Origin: an uncultured Hormoscilla sp.
Lineage (GTDB): Bacteria; Cyanobacteriota; Cyanobacteriia; Cyanobacteriales; Desertifilaceae
Assembly (NCBI GenBank): GCA_963921275.4
Contig: OZ001293.3
Span: 6,368,001 to 6,432,000 of the forward strand
Length of the DNA: 64,000 nt
Direction of reading: 5' to 3'
Shown: in pieces, positions 11,744-22,651 of the stretch
Numbering within the stretch: the stretch's first letter is position 1
Layout of the letters: each line of letters begins with the position of its first letter
The notes under the pieces: generated by a model
What the model was told of the DNA's origin: nothing
What the model saw: the letters and a program-made list of their open reading frames with translations, nothing else
Database searches by the model: none
Translations under genes and position numbers: made by a program

Positions 11744-13023
11744 TCATCGACCTTCACTTATCCGATCTAGCAATGAATTCGGCTTTTTTTCCGTCAGCGC
11801 GGCAAACACCGCCTCATACTGATGCAACGCTTGCTCGAAGGAGTAGTGGGCCATAGCATAATTTCTGCCCTGCTCGCCCAGCCTTTTAACCAGATCGCGA
11901 TCGTGGTATAGTTTCTCTATTTGGTCCGCTAGGGCTTGGGGGTCTTCTGGCGCCACGACAACGCTGCCGCCACTGTTCTTGATTGCTTTTGCTGCCGTCC
12001 CCCGTACCAGCACCGATCCCACAATTGCCCGACCACTGGCCAGGAGTACCGGTATTTTGGACAGCAGATTAAAATCAGTCACCCGCTGCTTTTGCAATAC
12101 TAACCCCACATCTGCCGCCCCCAGCATTTCTGGCAACTTTTCTCGCGGTTGAAACGGTAGCAGCAGGACGTTGTCAGCTTTGTGGGTAGAGCAACTGGAC
12201 TGCAATCTCTCCAGGGCCGACTTTTCTCCCACGATTACAAAAGCAATTTCCCGGAGATGCTTGAGGACAGCTGCTGCCTTGATTATTGTTTCCAGGCCTT
12301 GGGTGAGGGCAATGTTGCCAGCGTAGAGCACTACAAATTTACCATCCAGTTGATTGTCCCGGCGGAATTCGTTCTCAAGATCCTGGGGCCAAGGTCGGAT
12401 AAAATTGACATCCACCCAATTGGCAATAGTGACAACTTTGCTCTCGGGTACTCCTTGACTGACTAATTTGGGTTTGAACCCATCATCAATCACACTTACC
12501 CTCTGGGCTGTCCAGTAGGCAAATTTTTCTAAAGCGTCCACCGCGCGACTCAGTAGGCCACCTTTTTTCAGCAAACCTACGCGAGACCCCGCTTCCGAGA
12601 CAATATCCTGAATGTTGAGTATCACCGGCACGCCACGCAACCAGCCAGATAAAGCTACCGGTACGCAAATGGGCAAGGGAGGACTGGTGGAGAAAATCAC
12701 GTCCGGTCGCCAACCCTTGAATGCTAGGGGGAAGCTAGTCACCATAAAGCTGCCATCCAGTAGCAATCGATCGAGTAGGCTGGGGTTTGGGCCTTTGATT
12801 CGGACATAACTGCGCTCAATTGTGACACCGTTTCTTTCTTCCGTCAGATAAAACTTGCCCTGATATTCATCGTAAATCTGGCGCTGGGGATAGTTGGGCA
12901 TACCAGTGACAACCCGTACCTGATGATCCCGTTTCACCAGACCCTCTGCCAACTCAGTCATGATAGGGGCGATGCCAATGGGCTCTGGGGATGGTAATTG
13001 TAGGAATAGATCAGAATACGCAT
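11744..13023 (-). pseudogene. GT4 (WcaI-like) glycosyltransferase with an N-terminal frameshift
   Basis: The likely start MRILIYSYNYHP at 13023 is out of frame with EPIGIAPIMTELAEGL at a G4 run (~12987-12990); the rest is intact. Confidence 0.75.
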
Positions 13024-13618
13024 ATATTTTTGTGGGTTAGTATTTCTGGGTCTGGTCGTGACTGGCTGCCTGCTGCTGACCTAATCAAATTATCTACTAC
13101 TATATTGCCCAGAACCGTGGAAATTCCTTCACTTCAGACAATCTTCATCCTGCATATTGCGATTGTCAAGATTTGGTCAAATATGACAGCCGGATGCCGG
13201 CGATATGCATATTAGGCCGCCGGTAATGTCATTATTCGGGCCTAAAACCCATTTCAAAAAAAAAATCCTCAAATTATTGCAGATGGGATTTTTTTTGTTA
13301 GAATCTCAAATATAGATAAATATCGGTAACAAATCGGAGACGATCGCCTAGTCAATAGCGCGATCGGACCGAGAAAATCAGGGCTCGTCAAGTAGACGGG
13401 AAAATCTCACAATTGATTGGCATCAGGGCATCTACCAGAAAGAGCTCAGGGGTATCCATAGGGGTATCTACCAATGCCAATGCAATATCAGGTGCAGGCA
13501 CGGCAGAAGTGCCTAATTATCAGCATTACATGGCCTGTTGGGTTAAGACATCAGGCTGGAGGAGACTGTCAACTAATAACCAGCGGTGCTAATTGGGCAT
13601 TTGGCAGGGACACGTGAG

Positions 13619-13748
13619 GGTCTGGGTGGAAACTCTGCCTCCGGATCCTCCTGTGGATGTGCCGGAACCCTCGGCTGGATTGGGTCTTTTGGCTGTGGGT
13701 GCTTTGGGTGCTGTTTATGGTCTGAAAAACAAGAAAAACAAAAGCTAA
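13619..13748 (+). pseudogene. PEP-CTERM sorting-domain remnant
   Basis: VWVETLPPDPPVDVPEPSAGLGLLAVGALGAVYGLKNKKNKS*; no intact upstream ORF. Confidence 0.75.
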
Positions 13749-13937
13749 CAGGTTAAATAAACCATGAGGCGGCAACTATGGACTGTTGGCGCTGTCCCTT
13801 CCCCTCAAACTCTCTGGCAGTTTGAGGGGTTAATGTTGCTAGCTGGCGTGAGCCCCCATCCACCCCTTGACCACAAAGAGAAGGCAGGTCACAGCTAGCA
13901 ATCAGACAGGTACGTGGTAATATGTAAAATCACATAG

Positions 13938-14050
13938 GGCGTTGTACAATCACGGGATGATGGGTCTCTTTGCATAAGTCTTAAACGTATACTATAAGCC
14001 ACTTTTAGTTATGTGCAAACAATGGCATCATCCCCAAAATGTGCAACGCC
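13938..14050. mobile_element. 113-bp MITE, copy 1
   Basis: TIR GGCGTTGtACA/TGTGCAACGCC; 8-bp TSD TCACATAG. Confidence 0.85.
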
Positions 14051-14071
14051 TCACATAGATATCAAGAAGTC

Positions 14072-14184
14072 GGCGTTGCACAATTACGGGATGATGGGCA
14101 TAGTTGCATAAGTCTTAAACCTAGACTACAAGCCAGTTTCAGTTATGTGCAAAAAAGGGCATCATCCCCAAAATGTGCAACGCC
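14072..14184. mobile_element. 113-bp MITE, copy 2
   Basis: TIR GGCGTTGCACA/TGTGCAACGCC; 8-bp TSD AAGAAGTC. Confidence 0.85.
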
Positions 14185-14226
14185 AAGAAGTCAAGTATTT
14201 GTAACAATTGTTAAAATTAAGGGGAT

Positions 14227-14742
14227 ATGATTTCTGGTATTTACAGCCTCGAAGAACTACAACAGATTATAGCGACCTACCCGGAAAATTGGCGTCCCCT
14301 GGTGCTGACTAATGGCTGTTTCGACCTGCTGCATGTTGGACACCTGCATTATTTGTCGGTTGCTAAAGCCCTGGGCCGATCGCTCATTGTGGGCCTAAAT
14401 AGCGATCGCTCCGTCCGCCAGCTGAAGCAGCACCGGCCAGGAGAACCGCCGCGCCCGATCGTCCCGGAAATGCAGCGGGCGGAACTCCTCTGCGGACTAA
14501 AACCGGTGGATGCCGCGATCGTTTTTGACACCCTGACAGCGGTATCATTAATTGAAGCACTCAAACCTGACATCTATGCTAAAGGAGGGGACTATACCAT
14601 TGATACCTTACCGGAAGCACTAGCAGTTACAGCTTGCGGTTGCCGCCTGGAATTGGTCAAGGTGGAAAGTCCCACTTCTACCAGCGCTATTATTAACAAA
14701 ATCTTAAATTTCAGATCAATTGAGTCGGTCAAGAATTATTAA
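14227..14742 (+). CDS. RfaE domain II-like adenylyl/cytidylyltransferase
   Basis: TNGCFDLLHVGH, GLNSD, KGGDY, STS. Confidence 0.9.
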   Translation: MISGIYSLEELQQIIATYPENWRPLVLTNGCFDLLHVGHLHYLSVAKALGRSLIVGLNSDRSVRQLKQHRPGEPPRPIVPEMQRAELLCGLKPVDAAIVFDTLTAVSLIEALKPDIYAKGGDYTIDTLPEALAVTACGCRLELVKVESPTSTSAIINKILNFRSIESVKNY

Positions 14743-14746
14743 TTTT

Positions 14747-15466
14747 ATGAGTGACCAAGCTACCAGTTTAGCATCAAATCCTGACCTAGATCGCCTGGAA
14801 ACCCAGTTAAGATCTGGTAAGGCAAAGACCCAGCTGCAATCGATTCCCCAACTAGCTGACGCCGGTGCAGATGGAACGCGCCTGTTGATGGAATTTTTGC
14901 GCGATCGCCTGCCCGACAGTCAGCCGACCCCCATTGATGGTAAAGTATACCAAACTCTGCTAGCAGCGTCCGACACCCAAGTCAAGGAGTTTCTGCAAGC
15001 TGATTTTCCTACTGGAATCGTGCCCCTGGCGTCCGATCGCGACCTAGACTATACTCAGTTGCAGCAACTGCTGGCTAAACTTGACTGGCAAGCAGCCGAT
15101 CGTCTGACCAACCAAAAGCTATGTGAATTAGCCGGGGCCGGGGCGGTGCAGAGAAAATGGCTGTATTTTACCGAAATAGAAAGGTTTCCCATCACTGACT
15201 TACAAACTATCAATAGTCTGTGGTTAGTCTACTCTGAAGGCAAGTTTGGTTTTTCCGTGCAGCGAGAACTTTGGCTGTCGGTGGGCAAAAACTGGGACAA
15301 ACTCTGGCCCAAGATTGGCTGGAAGTCCGATAATAATTGGACTAGATATCCCCAGGAATTTACCTGGGATATCACCGCACCCAGAGGACATTTACCTTTA
15401 TCTAATCAACTGCGAGGCGTGCGGGTGATAGCTTCCCTCCTGACTCACTCCGCTTGGGATACTTAG
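14747..15466 (+). CDS. gun4: GUN4 (Ycf53) porphyrin-binding Mg-chelatase activator
   Basis: ADRLT, RKWLYFTE, SEGKFGFSVQ, APRGHLPLSNQLRG. Confidence 0.92.
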   Translation: MSDQATSLASNPDLDRLETQLRSGKAKTQLQSIPQLADAGADGTRLLMEFLRDRLPDSQPTPIDGKVYQTLLAASDTQVKEFLQADFPTGIVPLASDRDLDYTQLQQLLAKLDWQAADRLTNQKLCELAGAGAVQRKWLYFTEIERFPITDLQTINSLWLVYSEGKFGFSVQRELWLSVGKNWDKLWPKIGWKSDNNWTRYPQEFTWDITAPRGHLPLSNQLRGVRVIASLLTHSAWDT

Positions 15467-15602
15467 TTATTGTCGGTGCATTACCCGCGATCGCTGCGCG
15501 AAAAGTCTGTCAAGTCTTCTTTAGTAGCCGTTACATAATACTTACCCAAAGTTACCCACAACTGGACATCTTTGGAACTTACTTCCTGCGCCCTCTGGAA
15601 AG

Positions 15603-16682
15603 CTAAAGGTTTTTGACTAAGCGAAAGCCAATGTGAGTTGTGCCAGTATCGGGGGCTTGAGACTCCCGCGCTGCTGGTCGATAGCGACTACAATAATTCT
15701 TGGCGCAGAGGTAAGAGCCACCTTTAATTACGTGCATTGCACCTTCAGTGGGTTTTTTCGGATCGAAACTCTCAGCCCGATCGGGTCCTAGGGGGTTGAG
15801 ACTGTGACTTTTGCCTGAGTGCCCCACCCGATACCAATCTGAGGTTAATTCCCAAACATTTCCCGTCATGTCATAAAGTCCATAGCCATTGGGGGGAAAG
15901 GATTCCACCGGTGCAGGACCTAAATAGCCATCCTCTTTCCTGTTGAAGAAGGGAAAGAGACCTTGCCAGGTATTGGCTTTTTTAGCCGAATAACTTTCTC
16001 CCCAACTGAACTCTTTATCTTTCAGGCCACCCCGGGCGGCATATTCCCATTGGGCTTCCGCAGGCAGAGATTTGCCCGCCCACTTGGCATAAGCAACGGC
16101 ATCATCGTAGGCTATGTGAACCACGGGATGGTTATCTTTGCCGACGATGCTGCTGTCTGGACCATAGGGATGTTGCCAGTTGGCACCGACCACCCAATGC
16201 CACCAGCTTAAATAAGCAATCTGTTGTATCCCTTCGTCGGGGGGCTGAAAGACGATGGAACCGGGTTGCAGTTGCTCGTCGGTTAGATCGGGAAATTCGG
16301 CTTTCGGCAGGGGGCGTTCGGCAATGGTTTTGTAGCCCGTAGCTTCCACAAATTGCCGGAATTCTGCGTTGGTGACTTCGTGGCGATCGATACAAAAACT
16401 ATCCACCGTCACATCTCCCGCAGAACTTTCGGAGGGATAGTGAGTATCAGACCCGATGGTAAAAGTCCCTCCCGGAATGAAGACCATGCCTTCGGGACAA
16501 GAGGGATCTGAGGAGGCAGATTCGATCGGTGCCGCATTCCCAGGGGTAGAGAAACCCAGAAATAGCGATACCGCCAGATAAATCAGGGTAAATTTATGGA
16601 TTAAATGGGAAACCAAAGTCACGATCCTCAATAGTTTTTGTAGTTTCAGGGGAAGTCTAAATGGTCTTCTTGCTGCTGGCAT
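15603..16682 (-). CDS. Formylglycine-generating enzyme (SUMF1/FGE family)
   Basis: EAQWEYAARGG, GLYDMTGNVWE, KGGSYLCAKNYCSRYRPAAR, HIGFR. Confidence 0.9.
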   Translation of the reverse strand: MPAARRPFRLPLKLQKLLRIVTLVSHLIHKFTLIYLAVSLFLGFSTPGNAAPIESASSDPSCPEGMVFIPGGTFTIGSDTHYPSESSAGDVTVDSFCIDRHEVTNAEFRQFVEATGYKTIAERPLPKAEFPDLTDEQLQPGSIVFQPPDEGIQQIAYLSWWHWVVGANWQHPYGPDSSIVGKDNHPVVHIAYDDAVAYAKWAGKSLPAEAQWEYAARGGLKDKEFSWGESYSAKKANTWQGLFPFFNRKEDGYLGPAPVESFPPNGYGLYDMTGNVWELTSDWYRVGHSGKSHSLNPLGPDRAESFDPKKPTEGAMHVIKGGSYLCAKNYCSRYRPAARESQAPDTGTTHIGFRLVKNL

Positions 16683-16903
16683 ATAATAGCTACATATTCA
16701 AACCTTTGGCGATTGAAAAACTACGATAAAATTATCAACCTGAGTATCATGTAGTTTGAATATTATTCTGAATCTTATGGGTTGTTAACGTCTAATACAA
16801 AATTAATGCCAGTTCCTTGTACAAACCAGAATCGATTCTCGGCTAATTTTTGTGCGATCGGATGCCGTTGCTATACCAAGCTTCGACATCCGATTTCTAA
16901 TGG

Positions 16904-18570
16904 CTAGCTGTCTAACTCAAGCTTGACTTGTTGAATAACCTCCTGAATGATTCTGTCCCAAAATCCTTCCTGAGTTATTAATCCTTCCTGACTCATTTCT
17001 TCGTCAGATTCGTCCGACGCAGGAGACAGATCGATCGTCACCTTCTCAATGGTGCCGCCTGTAAACTCAAAGGGCGGGTCGTAATCCTTATCGTTGCTAG
17101 TGGGAGACATCAAATCCATACCCACATCCTGGGTCTCGATCCCGAAACGCGCCGGAACGGTTTTCTCAATGTGCGTTGACACTGGATCCCCCCCATTGAC
17201 AGACAGGGTCGCCTTGCCGCCACAGCCAATTCCAGCGGAGCAGTCATTGCCGTCGTAGTCAAAGGTAAACTTGACCTCCACCTTACCATCCCCCAGCGGC
17301 TCCGGGGAAGTAAGAACAGTTCGGTCAGTGTCGAAGTAGTTATATTCGTAGACTACCTTGTGGTCGGTATTGACATAGAGCGTATAGCCCCCGGTGATGG
17401 CCCCATTGGCCAGAATCACGCCCTGAACCTTATCTGGCTCGATCTTTGTCAGGTCTGCGGTAATCGTATGGGAAACGTTTTTGGTGTTGGGCGCAGAGCT
17501 TTCTGGCAGCCGCCCCGCTCTGAAACGCGATCGTCAAGAGGATAAACGTTATATTTGTTGGCTTCGATCTCAAAACGTTTCTGCATTTCCTCTAGCTTCT
17601 CTGGGAAGTATCCAGACAGATCGTCATTCTGGGTAAAGTCCTCCTCTATATTGAACAGTTCCCAGGGGTCATCGTAGAACGGTTCGGTGCCAGTTCCTAT
17701 CCAGGGGTCCCGATGGAAAGCGGAGGCCATCCAACCATCATTGTAAACGCCACGATTGCCGAACATTGCAAAATACTGGGTGTCCCGTTTGGCCAATGCC
17801 TCTGACCCATTGTGCTCGAAGGTATCGGCAAAGCTGGCCCCTTCGAGGGGATCCTGGGGGATGCCATTGAATACATCGGGGGCTTCAATGCCCGTGACCT
17901 CCAGCAGGGTTGGGGTAACATCAATTACATGGAGGAACTGCGATCGCATATCCTCCTTCCGGTCGCCCTTTGCCTTGATATGAGCAGGCCAGGAAATGAC
18001 CATGGGATTGCGGGTGCCGCCAAAGTAAGAGGCGATCTTTTTAGTCCAGCGGAAAAGACTATCCAGGGCCCATGCCCAGCCCACCGCATAGTGGGGAGAG
18101 GTTGTGCGACTGCCCCAGCTGTCTTTGCAATCTAGGTTTTGGTTCTTGAATATTGCCAGTGGCAGCGGAGTGGTGGTTGCGACCGGTAAGTAAAGCGGCC
18201 CGGGTGGGGGCACAGAGGGAGGTGGTGTGGAAGCGGTTGTAGCTCAAGCCCTCCTTCACCAGTTTGTTCAGGGTGGGGGTGTGTATCGGCCCCCCAAAGG
18301 CTGAGGATGCGCCAAAACCAACGTCATCCAGCATCACCAGCATGATATTGGGTGCGCCCTCAGGGGGTTGCGGCCCGACCATGATATTGAAATCTGCTTT
18401 CGAGCGCTTGTAGCTTTTTCTGATGGTGCCGGTAAATTCCGGATCCGGGAGGGGCAGCCTGTCTCCGTCGGCCATCGCGAACGGGGCGCCTGTCCCTAAG
18501 AACAGGGAGGCGGCGATCGCCACGACCACCACCAGCCGCCAAATACGATTCAAACTCATTATCTGAAACC
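16904..18570 (-). pseudogene. Arylsulfatase, fragmented by frameshifts and internal deletion
   Basis: PNIMLVMLDDVGFG, CAPTRAALLTGR (CxPxR), GGTRNPMVISWP, HVIDVTPT, WELFN spread over several frames. Confidence 0.85.
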
Positions 18571-18944
18571 TCATAATCTGTTTGCGGTCAAGATTTCGGG
18601 TTATTTGCAATCATCTGACTCTACCGTTTGAGCCAGGAATCATCCCATGCACGCTGCGCTACGGTTTTTTGCAGGTAACCGCTAGATCTGGCCATTTATT
18701 GACTACGTCAATAGTATGACTTGACCTCAGTCCATAGTAGGATATCAGGATTCATAAAGTAAAGTTTTTAAAAAAACTTTACTAATTCAATTTCAAGTGC
18801 GATATCCGCAGCCACCGGTGGTGTGGAAGCAGGCAGTCAAGCCAGATCGAATTCATTACCATTTTTGGTACAGTAGGATGCCGAAGCGATACAAAACTCC
18901 GACATCCTAATCTCTAATGGCTAGCTAAGTAACTTTTGAGTTAC

Positions 18945-19530
18945 TTAGCGAGTAACCCCCTGAATGATTCTGTCCCAAAAATCAGAATTACTCAGATCTT
19001 CGGAAGCTTGAGGGGAATCCAGGGTATCATCCGAACTATCCAGAGTGATGGTAAGTTGCTTCAGGTTGCCCGTAAACTTAAACGGCATGTCGTCAGCATA
19101 GTCTTCGACAATTGGTGTTCCCGTGTCGAAGCCAACCACAAAGTTCTCGTCCTGAGTCATGCGGTAGGGAATGCTGTTCTCCACTCGTCCCGAACCAAGG
19201 GACTTGCCGTCAGCATAGAGGTCACGGTTGCACCCGCCCCGAACGTATTAGGATCGTCACTCTTGTAGACTGCCTTCAGAGTCACATGGGTAGGCAAAGT
19301 CACAATTGGCCCAGGGATAGTGAACGCAATCTCATACCGATCTAGCCCCACCCAATTGTAGTGGTAGACCAATTTGCCATCCTTAACAAACAGACCGAAG
19401 CCGCCAAAGCGCCCCCCTTCAGTCACCAGCATTCCTTCATCGTCGGCATCAATTGTCACTTCCGCAATAATCGCATGATCGACATTCTTGAGGTCGGGAG
19501 TTGCACCCTCTGGTGCTTGAAAGCCCGCAG
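18945..19530 (-). pseudogene. C-terminal remnant of a second arylsulfatase paralog
   Basis: GMLVTEGGRFGGFGLFVKDGKLVYHYN, PFKFTG; FWDRIIQ tail shared with the 16904 copy. Confidence 0.75.
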
Positions 19531-19534
19531 TATA

Positions 19535-19684
19535 GCCAATATTTTTGTTCTGGAGTCGGACATGATGGGTACTATCATAGACTTTGAAGATTATATGGAT
19601 GCGAATGCGCTAGCAGGAGGTTCTCAGGGCCTCGATACCTGGATTAACTTTGAAGGGGAAACCCTGGCTACCCTGCAGGGGATT
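19535..19684 (+). repeat. Displaced copy of the 3' tail of the cadherin/LRR surface-protein family
   Basis: Near-identical to the reverse complement of ~57737-57886 (ANIFVLESDMMGTIIDFEDY...QGLDTWINFEGETLATLQGI). Confidence 0.8.
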
Positions 19685-19831
19685 TCAAAGATTTACGTGA
19701 GCGATCAGAATAGCACTCCTCTCCTACCGACCTAGAGCTCAGCACCGCAGCATTGCAGGGGACGAATTGTGGCCGTCAAATCTTGCGGTTCCCGCAGCTC
19801 GGCCCCCCTAATTTACTACCTGGGCCGCCTC

Positions 19832-20476
19832 TTATCGTAAAATAATTGCTACATAGGTATCCGAGATAATCTCACCATCTCGGAAAGCCGTATCCCCCCG
19901 ATACACGGGGTTAGTCAGCCACCGCCGTCCTGTAGAAACCGATATCTTCTTGCCATATCTCTTCTCCAAATAGCGCACCGCACCTCGCAAAGAACCATAC
20001 AGCAGAAATTGTGCAAAAAAATCCTTCACTACTGGCGCCGCCGCCCGATCGATCGCATAGCTATTTTTACCCCGCTTGTATCCGTAGGGTACTTTACCCG
20101 GTGGCGGTTTACCTTGCAGGCGTTTGCGGGCATGTCCTTGACGAATGCGGCGACTGCGCTGGTAATATTGTATTTCCCGTAGCAGTTGCAGGACATCTTT
20201 GCGGTTAACTTCTGACTCTGTGGTAATAATATTAATGCCGAGAGATTCTAGTTCCTCTAGATGTGAATTTACTTCCTCCACCGAGTCCCCCAATTCTTCC
20301 CAGCGTCGAATTAACAGATAAGTCGCGGGTGTCGTCCGACAGTCACTCAACATTTGTTGCAACTGTTGACGCCCGCCCGCATCTCTATAGACCCGATCGA
20401 CCTCCCAACCCCAAACCCCAGGGTCCAGGGGCGGTTCTAACAGAGGGTCGCAGTAGGAATAGGCAATAATTTTCAT
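19832..20476 (-). CDS. Serine recombinase-family protein, probably 3'-truncated
   Basis: Degenerate resolvase N-domain, then PPPGKVPYGY and WLTNPVYRG recombinase domain; ends abruptly. Confidence 0.7.
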   Translation of the reverse strand: MKIIAYSYCDPLLEPPLDPGVWGWEVDRVYRDAGGRQQLQQMLSDCRTTPATYLLIRRWEELGDSVEEVNSHLEELESLGINIITTESEVNRKDVLQLLREIQYYQRSRRIRQGHARKRLQGKPPPGKVPYGYKRGKNSYAIDRAAAPVVKDFFAQFLLYGSLRGAVRYLEKRYGKKISVSTGRRWLTNPVYRGDTAFRDGEIISDTYVAIILR

Positions 20477-20493
20477 ATGTGAAAGGTCAGAGG

Positions 20494-21671
20494 TTATTGG
20501 TAAGCTAGCAAGAGTTCGACGTCGGGAATCTCGGTTTTTACATAAGGGGGGTTTTCTAATTGCTTGGAAACCCGCAAATCTAAGACCTCTTGGGGGATGC
20601 TGCCAGTCAGTTGGTTATCGTTCAGCAAGAGAAGTCGCAAATTGGAAAGATTCCCTAACTCCGTCGGGATGCTGCCAGTCAGTTGGTTGGAGTCCAGCCA
20701 GAGAAACTCCAAATTAGAAAGATTCCCTAACTCCGTCGGGATGCTGCCAGTCAGTTGGTTGGAGTCCAGCCAGAGAAACTCCAAATTGGAAAGATTCCCT
20801 AACTCCGTCGGGATGCTGCCAGTCAGTTGGTTGCCGTCCAGCCGGAGAGACTCCAAATTGGAAAGATTCCCTAACTCCGTCGGGATGCTGCCAGTCAGTT
20901 GGTTGGAGTCCAGCCGGAGAAACTCCAAATTGGAAAGATTCCCTAACTCCGTCGGGATGCTGCCAGTCAGTTGGTTGAAGTTTAGGATGAGCCTTATCAC
21001 CCTGTCGTTAGCTACCGTCACCCCACGCCAACCATTAACAATAGAAGCTTCGGGGGGAGTTTGGCTGTTGAAATTCCAGCTAGCCCAGCCTGTATTGTTC
21101 CTCCAAGAAGCCCCATTGGTGCTTTGATAGAGAGCCCTTAAGACCTGATACTCCTGCTGGGGGGGATCAATATGCCCCCATAGGCCATCTGAGCTTCTGC
21201 GGACAATGCTAAGGGAGTTTTCATCCCCGGAGTTCGCCACTCCAACTTCCAATTTCCGCCCCGGGCTGCTGCCCCTGTCCGGGTAGTAGAGGCGGCGAGG
21301 GATGCCCCGGTTAGGGCCTGTAGCTTAGTCATCAACTCCTCTCCTGCATCTCCGGCGGCGACGTTACAGCCGTAGAGTAGGAGTTGTTTTACCTTCCACT
21401 TCTGCAGGGTAGAGGCGTAATCTCCTAGAGTATCTAAACTCAGTTGGGAGTTTCCCAGATACAGACAGCCAGGGCTGCCGTGGGAGAGTAGGTGCAGAAC
21501 CTCGGTTTCTCGATGCTGTCGGAGAAGTTCGCCGATCTGTTTGATGCCATCGGACCGAAGGTCTAAGAGGAAAGATTTGGCCCCAGGCCGGATGCCGTCT
21601 ATAAGCTGCTGGTAGTTTTCTAGGGAGGCATCCACTACTACCATGGTGTTGGCATTGGTATTATGCTTCAT
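20494..21671 (-). pseudogene. DUF4347 + plant-type LRR protein, frameshifted and 3'-truncated paralog of 52686-57058
   Basis: HLLSHGSPG and LLYGCNVAAG (DUF4347); 24-aa LTGSIPTELGNLSNL repeats; G7 run at 21159-21165 versus G5 in the paralog. Confidence 0.85.
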
Positions 21672-21689
21672 TTTTGGTTCTGAATTCAT

Positions 21690-21830
21690 TTTTCTGTCGA
21701 GGTGCTAGTTCGCATTGCTGGGCTTCAAGACGTTTCAAAACCCGTTCGTCAGCATCAGAAGCTTTGTCTGCGAGTAACGCATCAGCCTTAATATTATCAA
21801 GTAACACATCAGCCCCTTCCAAATCGCTCG
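21690..21830 (-). mobile_element. IS5-family transposase fragment
   Basis: [30 protein letters not shown]. Confidence 0.6.
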
Positions 21831-22333
21831 GGTAAGTCCCGCCAAGGTATCCCAGCTCTATATCGATACAAGACAGCATAGACAAATAAGCGGTTATCCT
21901 TAGCTGTCCCCCCCACATAACCCTCCCAACCTGGCAATAGGTCCCTGATTCTCTCCCACTGGTCATCTCTTAAAGCATAGCGACGCATTTCTCAAATTCT
22001 CCTGCTCTAACCTTTACCCTCTTATATCACACCAATATATCCTGGTTGTCAACTCAATCATCTTGTTATATATTTTTGGTGGGACCCATATCGTTAATCT
22101 AACTGATGACACACCCGTTAGTGGTGCGTCAAATTATGTATCTCTTGGTGTCAAATGTGATAGAATAGGCTCCAAAAGCAAGTCTGGTCCGTCTGCATGC
22201 TTCTCAGAAAAAAAATGCCCTCAATATTGCGGTTTGGGTTAATCGGCATGGTGTTGGTTTTGCCGATGAAGAACTTGACCCCTATCAAAAGACTGAGTCC
22301 CCAGGGAGTATCGAGGACACAAAGCGTCGGGAG

Positions 22334-22651
22334 TTGAATGCACTGCCAGTTAGTTCTCAAACAGGTGAACAGGTGGATATATCTGCTGAAGCGGCGCCCG
22401 AGAAATATCTTGACCACAGCAGCTTGACATCTGATGGACAGAGTGCTGAATTAGATAATGGTATTAGGGCCCCAGAACCAGAGGATTTAGAAAAGTCTCA
22501 AGTTAGTGGTGCTAGTGAGAGTCTGAAGATATTGCTGTGCCGCACCTTGGCGCAGATCCATGGCCGGCAGTTCTCGATTCAAGGAAATGAGTCCTCGGGC
22601 TATCGATATGTGGTAAGCTTGCCCAAGATGACTAAAGAGGAGGGAAAATGA
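22334..22651 (+). pseudogene. C-terminal remnant of a cyanobacterial histidine-kinase-like protein
   Basis: LLCRTLAQIHGRQFSIQGNESSGYRYVVSLP. Confidence 0.5.

Noticed and set aside
20590..20980. CRISPR-like array of constant ~45-bp units with variable spacers (also 55180-55500)
   Set aside because: The 72-bp period is an in-frame 24-aa LRR; the 'spacers' are mutually homologous and there are no cas genes
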